Positions 10,102 through 17,973 of a DNA stretch of 24,858 bases are shown piece after piece. The stretch covers positions 6,259 through 31,116 of the forward strand of contig JBGATO010000047.1 in assembly GCA_044229145.1 (NCBI GenBank), written 5' to 3'. The notes beneath the pieces were generated by a model. The model searched no databases, was not told the origin of the DNA, and saw only the letters and a program-made list of their open reading frames with translations. Position 1 is the stretch's first letter; every line of letters starts with the position of its first letter. The translations under genes were made by a program, and so were the position numbers. The DNA comes from Candidatus Eiseniibacteriota bacterium (GTDB lineage Bacteria; Eisenbacteria; RBG-16-71-46; CAZEPH01).

Positions 10102-11214
10102 CTACGGCACGGCGACGCGGCGCTGCGTCGCTGCGGTGCCATCCGCCGCCGTCAAGCGCAGCACATACACTCCCGCGGCCTCGAGACCCGCGGGCCACAC
10201 CACGGCATGCGCCCCGGCCGTGAACGACTCCGCGGCGCGGCGCGCCACCACACGGCCTTCGATATCGAACAGCGCGAAGGCCGCCGTGGTCGCGTGCGCC
10301 AGCCCGAAGCGGAGCGTGAGCGGTTCACCACGCCGTGAGACCGCCGCCGGTGTGTCGAAGGTGGCGATCGCGGGGCGCACCGGCTCGCCGATGCCGGTCA
10401 CCCCCGGCGTGTCGGTGGCGAGCGCCTGCACGGCGACTTGGTTCACCGTCCCACGGAGATTCCACTGCACGCCGTTCAGAGACGTATAGAGTTCGCCCTC
10501 CGCGAGGACAGCGGCCACGTACGGTCCCACGACGTGCCATCCGGTGACGTGCACCGCCGACAGCGTTCCCACCGCCGTCCACGTGGCCGCATCGTCCCCG
10601 GACGTGTAGATGTCGCCGCTCGCCGTCGTCACCGCGAGCGTGGGCCCGAACACGCGCACGCCGACGGCCTCCGATGTCGGAATCGCCCCGCGGGCCGTCC
10701 ACGTCGCGCCGCCATCGAGGCTGCGGTAGACCTCGCCGGTTCGTGTCAGCGCGTAGTGCGTCTGCGCGACACCGCCGAGCGCCACCGCGAGCCCCACGCA
10801 CGCAGACGGCAGCACACCCTTCGCCGCGAACGTGGTGTAGGACGTATCGGTGGACGCGTAGACGGTGCCGCTTGCCGTCAGGGCGAGCAGCAGCCCGTCG
10901 TAGGGATTGACCACGACGGCCGCGATGTCGTGTGCCGGAAGCGCGGCGCGCGCCGTCCACGACGTCCCGCCATCCGCGCTGCGGTAGAACACGCCGGAAC
11001 GTGTCGTGATCATGATCTGCGTCGGCGCACGCAGAGCGGTGAGCGCCACCGCGTCGCGCACCGGCAGCGTCGATTTGACCGACCACGTCGCGCCAGTGTC
11101 CGGCGAGGCGTACACCTCGCCGGTATTGACCAGCGCGAAGACGGTGAGCGCACGTGCCGGCGACGCGACGGCCGCTGCCGCGAGGACGACGCTCGCGAGA
11201 AGCGCGGCTCTCAT
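10102..11214 (-). CDS. Secreted BNR/Asp-box (WD40/YVTN-like) beta-propeller protein with a C-terminal FlgD/T9SS-like domain (370 aa)
   Basis: The likely start ATG at 11214 overlaps the upstream stop (ATGA). Signal peptide MRAALLASVVLAAAAVASPARA; six GxxYxSxDxGxxW repeats; C-terminal FDIEGRVV..W..AGVYVLRL. Confidence 0.8.
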   Translation of the reverse strand: MRAALLASVVLAAAAVASPARALTVFALVNTGEVYASPDTGATWSVKSTLPVRDAVALTALRAPTQIMITTRSGVFYRSADGGTSWTARAALPAHDIAAVVVNPYDGLLLALTASGTVYASTDTSYTTFAAKGVLPSACVGLAVALGGVAQTHYALTRTGEVYRSLDGGATWTARGAIPTSEAVGVRVFGPTLAVTTASGDIYTSGDDAATWTAVGTLSAVHVTGWHVVGPYVAAVLAEGELYTSLNGVQWNLRGTVNQVAVQALATDTPGVTGIGEPVRPAIATFDTPAAVSRRGEPLTLRFGLAHATTAAFALFDIEGRVVARRAAESFTAGAHAVVWPAGLEAAGVYVLRLTAADGTAATQRRVAVP

Positions 11215-14200
11215 TGGAGCACTACCAGCTTGAGGCGATACGTCTCGCCGCCGGTACGCGACTGGATCTGGTAGAGACCACGCGGGACGCGACGGCCGTG
11301 CATGTCGAGACCGTTCCACGTCGCTGTCTGGTGACCGGTCGCGTAGCTGCCCTGGGCGAGTACGCGCACCAGGCGCCCCGTGCAGTCGTGCACCGTCACC
11401 TGCGTAGGCGCGGCTGCGCCACCGGCGCGTCCGGCGGTGGCAAATTGCACCGTGAGGTCGCCTTGGCGGTACGGCAGCGGCCACGCCGCCAGCGCGGCGA
11501 GCGGACGCACCGCCGTCTCGCCGAGCACGAACGCCTCGCCCAGCCCGTTGATCGCGGTGAGCCGATAGCGCGACGCCGGCGTACCGGAGACGTCCGAGTA
11601 CGAGGTCGCGGTGGTCTGCGTGACGAGCGTCTGCCACGCGGCGTCTGCGCCATCGGCGCGCTCCAGGGTGTAGCCGGACAGGTCGGCCGGGCCGGGATCG
11701 GTGCGCCATGACACCACCTGCCCCACGCCACCCTGCGGTGCCTGCGCGACGCTCAGCCCGAGCAGCGCGATCGACGTCGAGATGGTAAACAGCGAGTCGC
11801 TGCGGTCCGAGCCGCTGATGGCGGCGTCCGCCGGCGTGACGCGCACGCTGGCGAAGCGGGTCGGCGAATGCGGCACCCGCAGCGTGACGCTATTCGTGGC
11901 CTCGCCCCCGACGTTGGCGAACAACTTCGTCCACGTCGCGGTGCCATCCACCGAGAGCCACACGTCCATCGGCGTGGTGCCGAGCCAGGAAATCGACTGC
12001 AGCGCGCCGACGTTCCACGTCTCGCCGCCGTTCGGACCCGTCACGTAGCAGCGAGCGACGTGGAAGACATCGAAGCGGCCGGCGGACGCGTTGACGCTGG
12101 AAGTGCCCATGGCCACCGCGCCCAATCCCTCGCCGGTGAAGTTGCCGACGGCGGCCATGCTCGACGGCGCCTGGTTGATGACGGCGCCGTACCAGTTCAA
12201 GTCCGGCTCCGCGTCGAAGCCCGGACCGCCGAAGTAGGCGGACGCGCGGCCGCGGCCCGCGTTGTAGAGCGAACTGAGGACGAGCAGATCGGCCCAGCCG
12301 TCGTCGTTGATGTCGCCGGTCGACAGCACGGCGCCGAGGCCCACGCTGGTGGCCTCGCCGGTGAGCACGGCGTCTGCGACGGCATCCGGCAGCGCAGCGC
12401 CGTAGAAGAAGCTGACGCGACCGGTGCCGTTCGCCGGATAGGATCGCACGGCGATGTCCGCCGCGCCATCGCCCGTCAGGTCGGCGCACGCCACCGCGGA
12501 GCCGAACTGTTCGCCCGTCGTCGTGATGGCGGGGCTGAGGGTGAGATCGGCCAACGCATCGGGCGACCGTCCGCCCAAGAGCACGAGCACGCGGCCGTTG
12601 TTGCTCGCGGCGAAGGGCGCGCCGAGCACGACGTCGCCGAAGCCGTCGTGGTTGACGTCGCCGTTGAGCAGGCCGACGGTTCCGACCTGTGCGCCGGTCG
12701 ACGTGTAGGTGAACGTCCAGTCCGCGACGGCATCCATGCCCACGCCGCCGTAGTACACGTAGGCGCGACCTGCGCCCGCAGCGCCCGCGCTGCTCGACGG
12801 TGCGGTCGCGAGCACATCGGGGTTGCCATCGCCATTGAAGTCGACACCGCCGCTGACGGCCCAGCCGAGCTGCTCGCTGCTCGCCCCCACCAGGATGATG
12901 TCAGCCGTCGCATCCATCGCGGCACCGCCGAAGTAGATGTAGGCGCGGCCGGCGTTCGCGCTGAAGGACGGAGCGCCGACGATCATGTCCGCATAGCCGT
13001 CGCCGTTGAGATCGCCGGCGGGCGACACGCTGTAGCCAAAGGAGCCGTTGCCCGCTTCGGAGAGCAACGTCACATCCGGCACGTTGTCGGCGGTGCGGCC
13101 GCCGAAGAACACGGAGACACGTCCCGCGGCCATCGCGCCCACCGCGATATCGGTGGCGCCATCGCCGTTGAGATCGCCGACCGAGGCGCACGACGTGCCG
13201 GTCGACGACCCCGCGGTGCCATTGAAGCTCCAGAGCAGCCGGCTGACGGCACTCGCCGGCGGAGTCTGCTCGACGATGGTGAAGCTGCCATCGGACACAT
13301 CCGATGTCGCGCGGGTGACCGTCGCGCCGTTCATGCTGATGCGCAGGCGGGCTTGCGTAGTCGCATTGTTCGGGATCACGACGGTCAGCGTGTCGTCGGC
13401 CGCGCCGCCCACGCTGGAGGCGAGCGTGTTCCAGGTGAGACCGTTGTCGAGCGACAGCGACACGTCGGCGGGATCCTTGCCGCGCCACCGCAGCGTCGCG
13501 GGCTTGCCGCCGATCAGCGTTTCGCCGCCGTTCGGCGAGACGACGTTGTACGGGAACAGACTGACGACCATCGCGCGTCCGAGGCCGGACGAGAAGCCGT
13601 ACTCGCCGACCACGACATCGCCGAATCCGTCGCCGTTGACGTCGCCGAGGCCCGCCACCGCGCTGCCGAAGCCAGAGCTGGGATCGCCCTCGAGCCCGAT
13701 GTCCACGCCGCTATTCGGAAAGGCGCCGCCGAAGTAGATGTTGGCCCGATTGACCGTGGTGCCGACGATCAGGTCGCGGTAGCCGTCGCTGTTGAAATCG
13801 CCCGCACCGATCGAGGCTAGGCCATCGTTGGTTTGCCCCGTGATCGTGAGATCGACGGCGGCGTCCATGAACGGGCCGCCATAGTAGAGATAGACGCGGC
13901 CGGCGAACGAGCCGTAGTCGTGCGCCATGATGGCGAGATCGGCGTAGCCATCCGCGTTGACGTCCCCGGGGCCGCAGAGTGACGACCCGAACGTGTCGGA
14001 GAGCGTTTCCCCCGTCACCGTGAGGTCGCTCACGGCGTCCATGGACACGCCGCCGAAGAACACGTAGACGCGGCCGGTGTTCGAATTGTGGGCGATGGCG
14101 GAGACAGCGACATCCGCGTAGCCGTCGTTGTTGAGATCGCCGACGCCGGCGACCACCTCGCCCATGCTATCGCCGATGTTCTCGCCGGTGACGGTCACGT

Positions 14201-14846
14201 CGGCAACCGTGTCCATGCTGATGCCACCGAGATACACGTAGGCGCGGCCCTGGCCCGAGTTGTAGTAGGACGCCCCGATGATGACGTCGCCGTAGCCGTC
14301 ACCGTTGACATCGCCGGCGCCGGCGACTGACACGCCGAATTCCACTCCGACCGCGCTGCCGGTAATCGTCACGTCCGCCGTCGTGTGCGGGGTGACGCCG
14401 CCGTAGTAGATGTACGCGCGGCCGGTGTAGCTGCTGTAACCGTACGCGCCGACGATCACGTCGGCGAACCCATCGCCGTTGACGTCGCCCGCCCCGGAGA
14501 CGCTGGTGCCGAAGTACCCGTTCACCCCGGCGGGACTCAAGAGGGTGGCATCCACCGTGTTGTCCGCGTTCGGTCCGCCGAAGTAGATGTAGGCGCGGCC
14601 GATCGCAAGCGCGAGCGGTGCGCCGACGATGACGTCGGTGTAGCCGTCGCCGTTCACATCGCCGGCGTTCGCCACCGAATAACCGAACCAGCCTCCGCCT
14701 TGATCGCCCTGGAGCGTTTGCAGCCGTCGCTGGGAGAGGGCGTGCGCCGTGGGAGCAAGAACACTGGCGAGACAGAGCAACGAAACCATGCTGAGGGCGA
14801 ACGCCTGGAAGGCACGGCGCACGCGCGGCGGCACACACGGAGACAT
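11211..14846 (-). CDS. Secreted FG-GAP repeat (integrin-alpha-like) protein with two 7-bladed propellers, two PNGGET Ig-like domains and a C-terminal FlgD/T9SS-like domain (1211 aa)
   Basis: GAGGA RBS; signal peptide ending in AHA; 14 GDxNxDG-type Ca-binding loops in two sets of seven with GRAYIY(F/Y)GG repeats; C-terminal HDCTGRLVR..WNGLD..GLY. Confidence 0.9.
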   Translation of the reverse strand: MSPCVPPRVRRAFQAFALSMVSLLCLASVLAPTAHALSQRRLQTLQGDQGGGWFGYSVANAGDVNGDGYTDVIVGAPLALAIGRAYIYFGGPNADNTVDATLLSPAGVNGYFGTSVSGAGDVNGDGFADVIVGAYGYSSYTGRAYIYYGGVTPHTTADVTITGSAVGVEFGVSVAGAGDVNGDGYGDVIIGASYYNSGQGRAYVYLGGISMDTVADVTVTGENIGDSMGEVVAGVGDLNNDGYADVAVSAIAHNSNTGRVYVFFGGVSMDAVSDLTVTGETLSDTFGSSLCGPGDVNADGYADLAIMAHDYGSFAGRVYLYYGGPFMDAAVDLTITGQTNDGLASIGAGDFNSDGYRDLIVGTTVNRANIYFGGAFPNSGVDIGLEGDPSSGFGSAVAGLGDVNGDGFGDVVVGEYGFSSGLGRAMVVSLFPYNVVSPNGGETLIGGKPATLRWRGKDPADVSLSLDNGLTWNTLASSVGGAADDTLTVVIPNNATTQARLRISMNGATVTRATSDVSDGSFTIVEQTPPASAVSRLLWSFNGTAGSSTGTSCASVGDLNGDGATDIAVGAMAAGRVSVFFGGRTADNVPDVTLLSEAGNGSFGYSVSPAGDLNGDGYADMIVGAPSFSANAGRAYIYFGGAAMDATADIILVGASSEQLGWAVSGGVDFNGDGNPDVLATAPSSSAGAAGAGRAYVYYGGVGMDAVADWTFTYTSTGAQVGTVGLLNGDVNHDGFGDVVLGAPFAASNNGRVLVLLGGRSPDALADLTLSPAITTTGEQFGSAVACADLTGDGAADIAVRSYPANGTGRVSFFYGAALPDAVADAVLTGEATSVGLGAVLSTGDINDDGWADLLVLSSLYNAGRGRASAYFGGPGFDAEPDLNWYGAVINQAPSSMAAVGNFTGEGLGAVAMGTSSVNASAGRFDVFHVARCYVTGPNGGETWNVGALQSISWLGTTPMDVWLSVDGTATWTKLFANVGGEATNSVTLRVPHSPTRFASVRVTPADAAISGSDRSDSLFTISTSIALLGLSVAQAPQGGVGQVVSWRTDPGPADLSGYTLERADGADAAWQTLVTQTTATSYSDVSGTPASRYRLTAINGLGEAFVLGETAVRPLAALAAWPLPYRQGDLTVQFATAGRAGGAAAPTQVTVHDCTGRLVRVLAQGSYATGHQTATWNGLDMHGRRVPRGLYQIQSRTGGETYRLKLVVLQ

Positions 14847-14932
14847 GAGGGGTCCTCACCGGGTGGGGGCGTGGGTGTTTGCGAGAGAGCTCGGGTGCGT
14901 ACGGGCAGAATTCCTACGGGGTACCTGTAGAC

Positions 14933-14961
14933 AGTCTACCCGAGCGCAGCTCGTCCGTCAG
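14933..14961 (-). promoter_or_regulatory. Candidate promoter for the FG-GAP/BNR pair, with an overlapping palindrome
   Basis: CTGACG-17 bp-TAGACT on the minus strand; the perfect palindrome GTAGAC-A-GTCTAC at 14927-14939 overlaps the -10 box. Confidence 0.45.
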
Positions 14962-15008
14962 CGACGAATCCTGCGCACGTCCCTGCCCTGACGTGCCGCA
15001 GCCGACGA

Positions 15009-15581
15009 TCAGCGCTGCGCGGGCGGCAACAAGTCGTCGAGCGCGATCTGCGGCGCGCCGGGGATGGGCAGCGTAACGACTGCGCCGCGCCGCGCGATGC
15101 GCGTCATCGTGTAGCCCTGCGCCGACGGTTCGCTGTACATCTCGAGCGTCTCGTCTTCGAGCGCCAGCAGCCAGTAGTGCGGAATGCCGGCGCGGCCGTA
15201 CAGCGGCGCCTTGATGCCGCGGTCCACGTCGAGCGGCGAATCGGCGGCTTCGATGACGAGGAAGGTGTCGGCGGGTGAGGCTTTCGCCGTCGAGTAGAAG
15301 TCGGCGCGTGGGTGGAGTAGGGCGATGTCGGGTTCCGGCTCGGAGTAGTCGTCGAGGACGACGGGAACTCATACCTGGATCAGCGCGGCGTCTCCGCACA
15401 ACTTCGACAGCATGTGGATCACTTTCGTGATGCAGCCGCCGTGGCGGCTTCCCATCGGACTCACCTCGACCACCTCCCCACTCACCAGCTCCACCCGCGG
15501 CCCGTCCGCGAAGATTCCCGCTTCGTCCATGCGATGATAGTAGGCGACGGTAAACGCGTAGCGCCGCACGGCATCTCCCAT
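15009..15581 (-). pseudogene. Uma2 (DUF820) family endonuclease interrupted by an in-frame TGA at 15369-15371
   Basis: AAGGAG RBS and ATG at 15581. ORFs 15369..15599 and 15009..15227 share one frame. Reading through the stop gives ...ALIQV*VPVVLDDYSEPEPDIALL...IEAADSPLDVDRGIKAPLYGRAGIPHYW, collinear with the neighbouring paralog. Confidence 0.75.
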
Positions 15582-15609
15582 GTCGGTCTCCTTCTCCACT
15601 GCGTTGCCC

Positions 15610-15697
15610 CCCGTGGCGAGACGTCGAGTCTAGCACGGCGCGCAGACAGCGCCGGAAACGCCGCAGCCCCCGCGACGCGAGCGTGGCGGGGGCTGCG
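15610..15697 (-). repeat. Copy A of an 88-bp terminator-hairpin/promoter element upstream of a Uma2 gene
   Basis: 74/88 ungapped identities to 16311-16398 (hand count); hairpin at 15661-15698; extended -10 TGcTAGACT (15627-15635). Confidence 0.85.
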
Positions 15698-15721
15698 GGT
15701 CGGCGCGGACGAAGCGCTGCG

Positions 15722-16282
15722 CTACGGCGTCACGTCCGCTGCGATGATCGAGGAACGATTCGCAACCGGCAGCACCAGCTGCTCGTCCGGCGCCGCGCGA
15801 TGCACGCGGCGATACGCGCCGTCGAGCGGCTGCTCGTAAACATCGATCGTCTCGGCCGCAACGTCGATGATCCACACCTGTGGCACGCCGGCCGCCGCGT
15901 AGAGCGGCGCCTTCACCTCGCGATCGAACGCGAGTGACGAATCTGCAACCTCGATCGCCAACAGAATGTCCGGCGCCTCCGGATGCGCGTGCTTGTAGAA
16001 ATCCTCGCGCGGACGAAGCAGGGCGATGTCTGGCTCGGGCTCCGATTCGTCGTCGAGCACGACCGGCCCCTGCGTTCGCACGATTGCCTGTCCCCCGCAC
16101 ACGGCATGCAATGTCCTCGCAAGCTTGTCCACCCACGCCATGTGGCGCGACCCCATCGGACTCATCTCCACGATCTCCCCACCCAACAGCTCCACCCGCG
16201 GCCCCTTCGCGAAGAGTCCCGCCTCCCCCATGCGTTCGTAGTCCGCGACGGTGAACTTGTACCGCCGCACCGCGCCCATCAT
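15722..16282 (-). CDS. Uma2 (DUF820) family PD-(D/E)xK endonuclease
   Basis: FTVADYERM, VELLGGEI, SPMGSRH, EPEPD and IEVADSS..DR..K..LYA..GVP.VW motifs. Start placed at 16282 by analogy with the paralog; ATG 16300 is an alternative. Confidence 0.9.
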   Translation of the reverse strand: MMGAVRRYKFTVADYERMGEAGLFAKGPRVELLGGEIVEMSPMGSRHMAWVDKLARTLHAVCGGQAIVRTQGPVVLDDESEPEPDIALLRPREDFYKHAHPEAPDILLAIEVADSSLAFDREVKAPLYAAAGVPQVWIIDVAAETIDVYEQPLDGAYRRVHRAAPDEQLVLPVANRSSIIAADVTP

Positions 16283-16310
16283 GTCCGCATCCTTCCCCAT
16301 ACCCGTGTCT

Positions 16311-16398
16311 CCCGTGGTGAGACGCAAAGTCTAGCACAGCGCGAGGACACCACAGAAAACGCCGCAGCCCCCGCGACGCGACGGTCGCGGGGGCTGCG
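16311..16398 (-). repeat. Copy B of the 88-bp element upstream of a Uma2 gene
   Basis: Offset exactly 701 bp from copy A, with the same TAGACT box and hairpin. Confidence 0.85.
16363..16398 (-). terminator. Intrinsic terminator of the 2-oxo acid dehydrogenase operon
   Basis: Perfect 15-bp stem (cgcagcccccgcgac / gtcgcgggggctgcg) with a 6-nt loop, followed on the minus strand by gcgttttctg; 26 bp after the E3 stop. Confidence 0.75.
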
Positions 16399-16424
16399 TG
16401 AGTGCTGCGATGTGGCGAGTGACG

Positions 16425-17858
16425 CTAGTGCGCCGCCGCCGCCGGCTTCTTGCGCGGTGCCTTGTGGATCGCCAGGCCGTTGACGTCGAGCACGGCTTCC
16501 TTCACCGCTTCGGAGAGCGTCGGGGGGTGGTGCACGGTGGTGACGATGTCTTCCATCGTCGCCTGCATCTCCATCGCGAGCACGAGTTCGCCGAGCAACT
16601 CGGACGCATTCGCGCCGACGATGTGCGCGCCGAGAATCCACTCGCCCTTCTCGTCGGCGACGATCTTCACCAGACCGTCCGGCGTGCCGGCTCCCACCGC
16701 GCGGCCGTTGGCGCGGAAGAAGTAGCGGCCGATCTTCGGCGTGTGGCCGGCGGCCTTCGCCTCGTCCTCGCTCAAGCCGACGCTTGCCACTTCCGGATCG
16801 GTGTACACCGACGCCGGCATGCAGCGGTTGTCCATGAGCGCCGCGTGTCCGGCGATGACTTCGACGGCGACTTCACCTTCACGCGACGCCTTGTGCGCGA
16901 GTTGCTTGCCGCCGGCGCAGTCGCCGATGGCGTAGATGCCAGGGACGTTGGTCTGCGCCTTGTCGTTGACGACGATGTTGCCGCGCTTGTCCATCGCCAC
17001 ACCGAGCTTCTCGAGGCCGAGGCCGCTCGTGTTGGCGCGACGGCCGACGGCCACCAGCACGCGGTCGAACACGCGCTCGGTGGCGGCGCCGCCCTTGGCG
17101 GGGCTGATGGTCAGCGACCACTTGCCGTCCTTGGTCTTTTGCGCGGCGCTGACGCTGACTTCGTTGACGATCTCGAGGCCGCGCTTGACCAGCGCCTTCT
17201 TGAGTTCGTCGCTGATCTCGCCATCGCCGCCCGGCAGCACGCGCGGCATGAGTTCGTAGACGCACACCTTCGAGCCGAGACGCGAGTACACCGCGGCGAA
17301 CTCGAGGCCGACCGCGCCGGCACCGATGACGGCCATCGTCTCCGGCACCGACGTGATGGTCATCGCCGACGTCGAGTCGAGGATCGTGCTGTGGTCGAAC
17401 GGCAGGTGCGGCAACTGGATCGGCGACGAACCGGTGGCGACGATGATGTTCTTCGCCTCGAGGCGCGTGACCTTGCCGTCGGCGCCCTTCACCGCGACCG
17501 TGGTGCGGTTCTCGATCGAGCCGTCGCCGGCGTACCACGCGCAGCCGTTGGCCTTGAGCAACTGCGAGACGCCGGTGGTCATCGCGTTCACCGTCGCGTC
17601 CTTGTGCTTCATCATGCCGGGCAGGTCGGCTTCCGGCTTCGCCATCTTCACGCCGTACGAGGCGGCGGTGTGCGCGTACTCGAGCAGGTGCGTCGAGGCG
17701 AGCAGCGCCTTGGTCGGGATGCAGCCGACGTTGAGACACACGCCACCCGGCTTGTCCTTCTCCACCACCGCGGCCGTGAGCCCGAGCTGCGCGGCGCGAA
17801 TCGCCGCCACGTAGCCGCCCGGTCCCGAGCCGATCACCACGACATCGAACTTGTCCAT
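16425..17858 (-). CDS. lpdA: Dihydrolipoyl dehydrogenase (E3)
   Basis: FAD motif VVIGSGPGGY, redox disulfide GGVCLNVGCIPTK, NAD motif IGAGAVGLE and IYAIGD; C-terminal HHPPTLSE (atypical, see findings). Confidence 0.93.
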   Translation of the reverse strand: MDKFDVVVIGSGPGGYVAAIRAAQLGLTAAVVEKDKPGGVCLNVGCIPTKALLASTHLLEYAHTAASYGVKMAKPEADLPGMMKHKDATVNAMTTGVSQLLKANGCAWYAGDGSIENRTTVAVKGADGKVTRLEAKNIIVATGSSPIQLPHLPFDHSTILDSTSAMTITSVPETMAVIGAGAVGLEFAAVYSRLGSKVCVYELMPRVLPGGDGEISDELKKALVKRGLEIVNEVSVSAAQKTKDGKWSLTISPAKGGAATERVFDRVLVAVGRRANTSGLGLEKLGVAMDKRGNIVVNDKAQTNVPGIYAIGDCAGGKQLAHKASREGEVAVEVIAGHAALMDNRCMPASVYTDPEVASVGLSEDEAKAAGHTPKIGRYFFRANGRAVGAGTPDGLVKIVADEKGEWILGAHIVGANASELLGELVLAMEMQATMEDIVTTVHHPPTLSEAVKEAVLDVNGLAIHKAPRKKPAAAAH

Positions 17859-17973
17859 CGCGTCCTCACTCCGTTCGCGCGGCCGCCGATGCGGCGCGTC
17901 TCATCTGCCTTCGATGCGAACGGCCCGCGGACGTGTGCCGCCCACGGGCCGTGCCACTGCGGACCGTCGCGCC

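Noticed and set aside
11215..11709. N-terminal extension of ORF 10102..11709
   Set aside because: It overlaps the FG-GAP gene; the signal peptide begins at ATG 11214
17920..17952. Hairpin between E2 and E3 (acggcccg/cgggccgt)
   Set aside because: No U-tract and no other copy in the window; cannot be supported as a terminator or REP element
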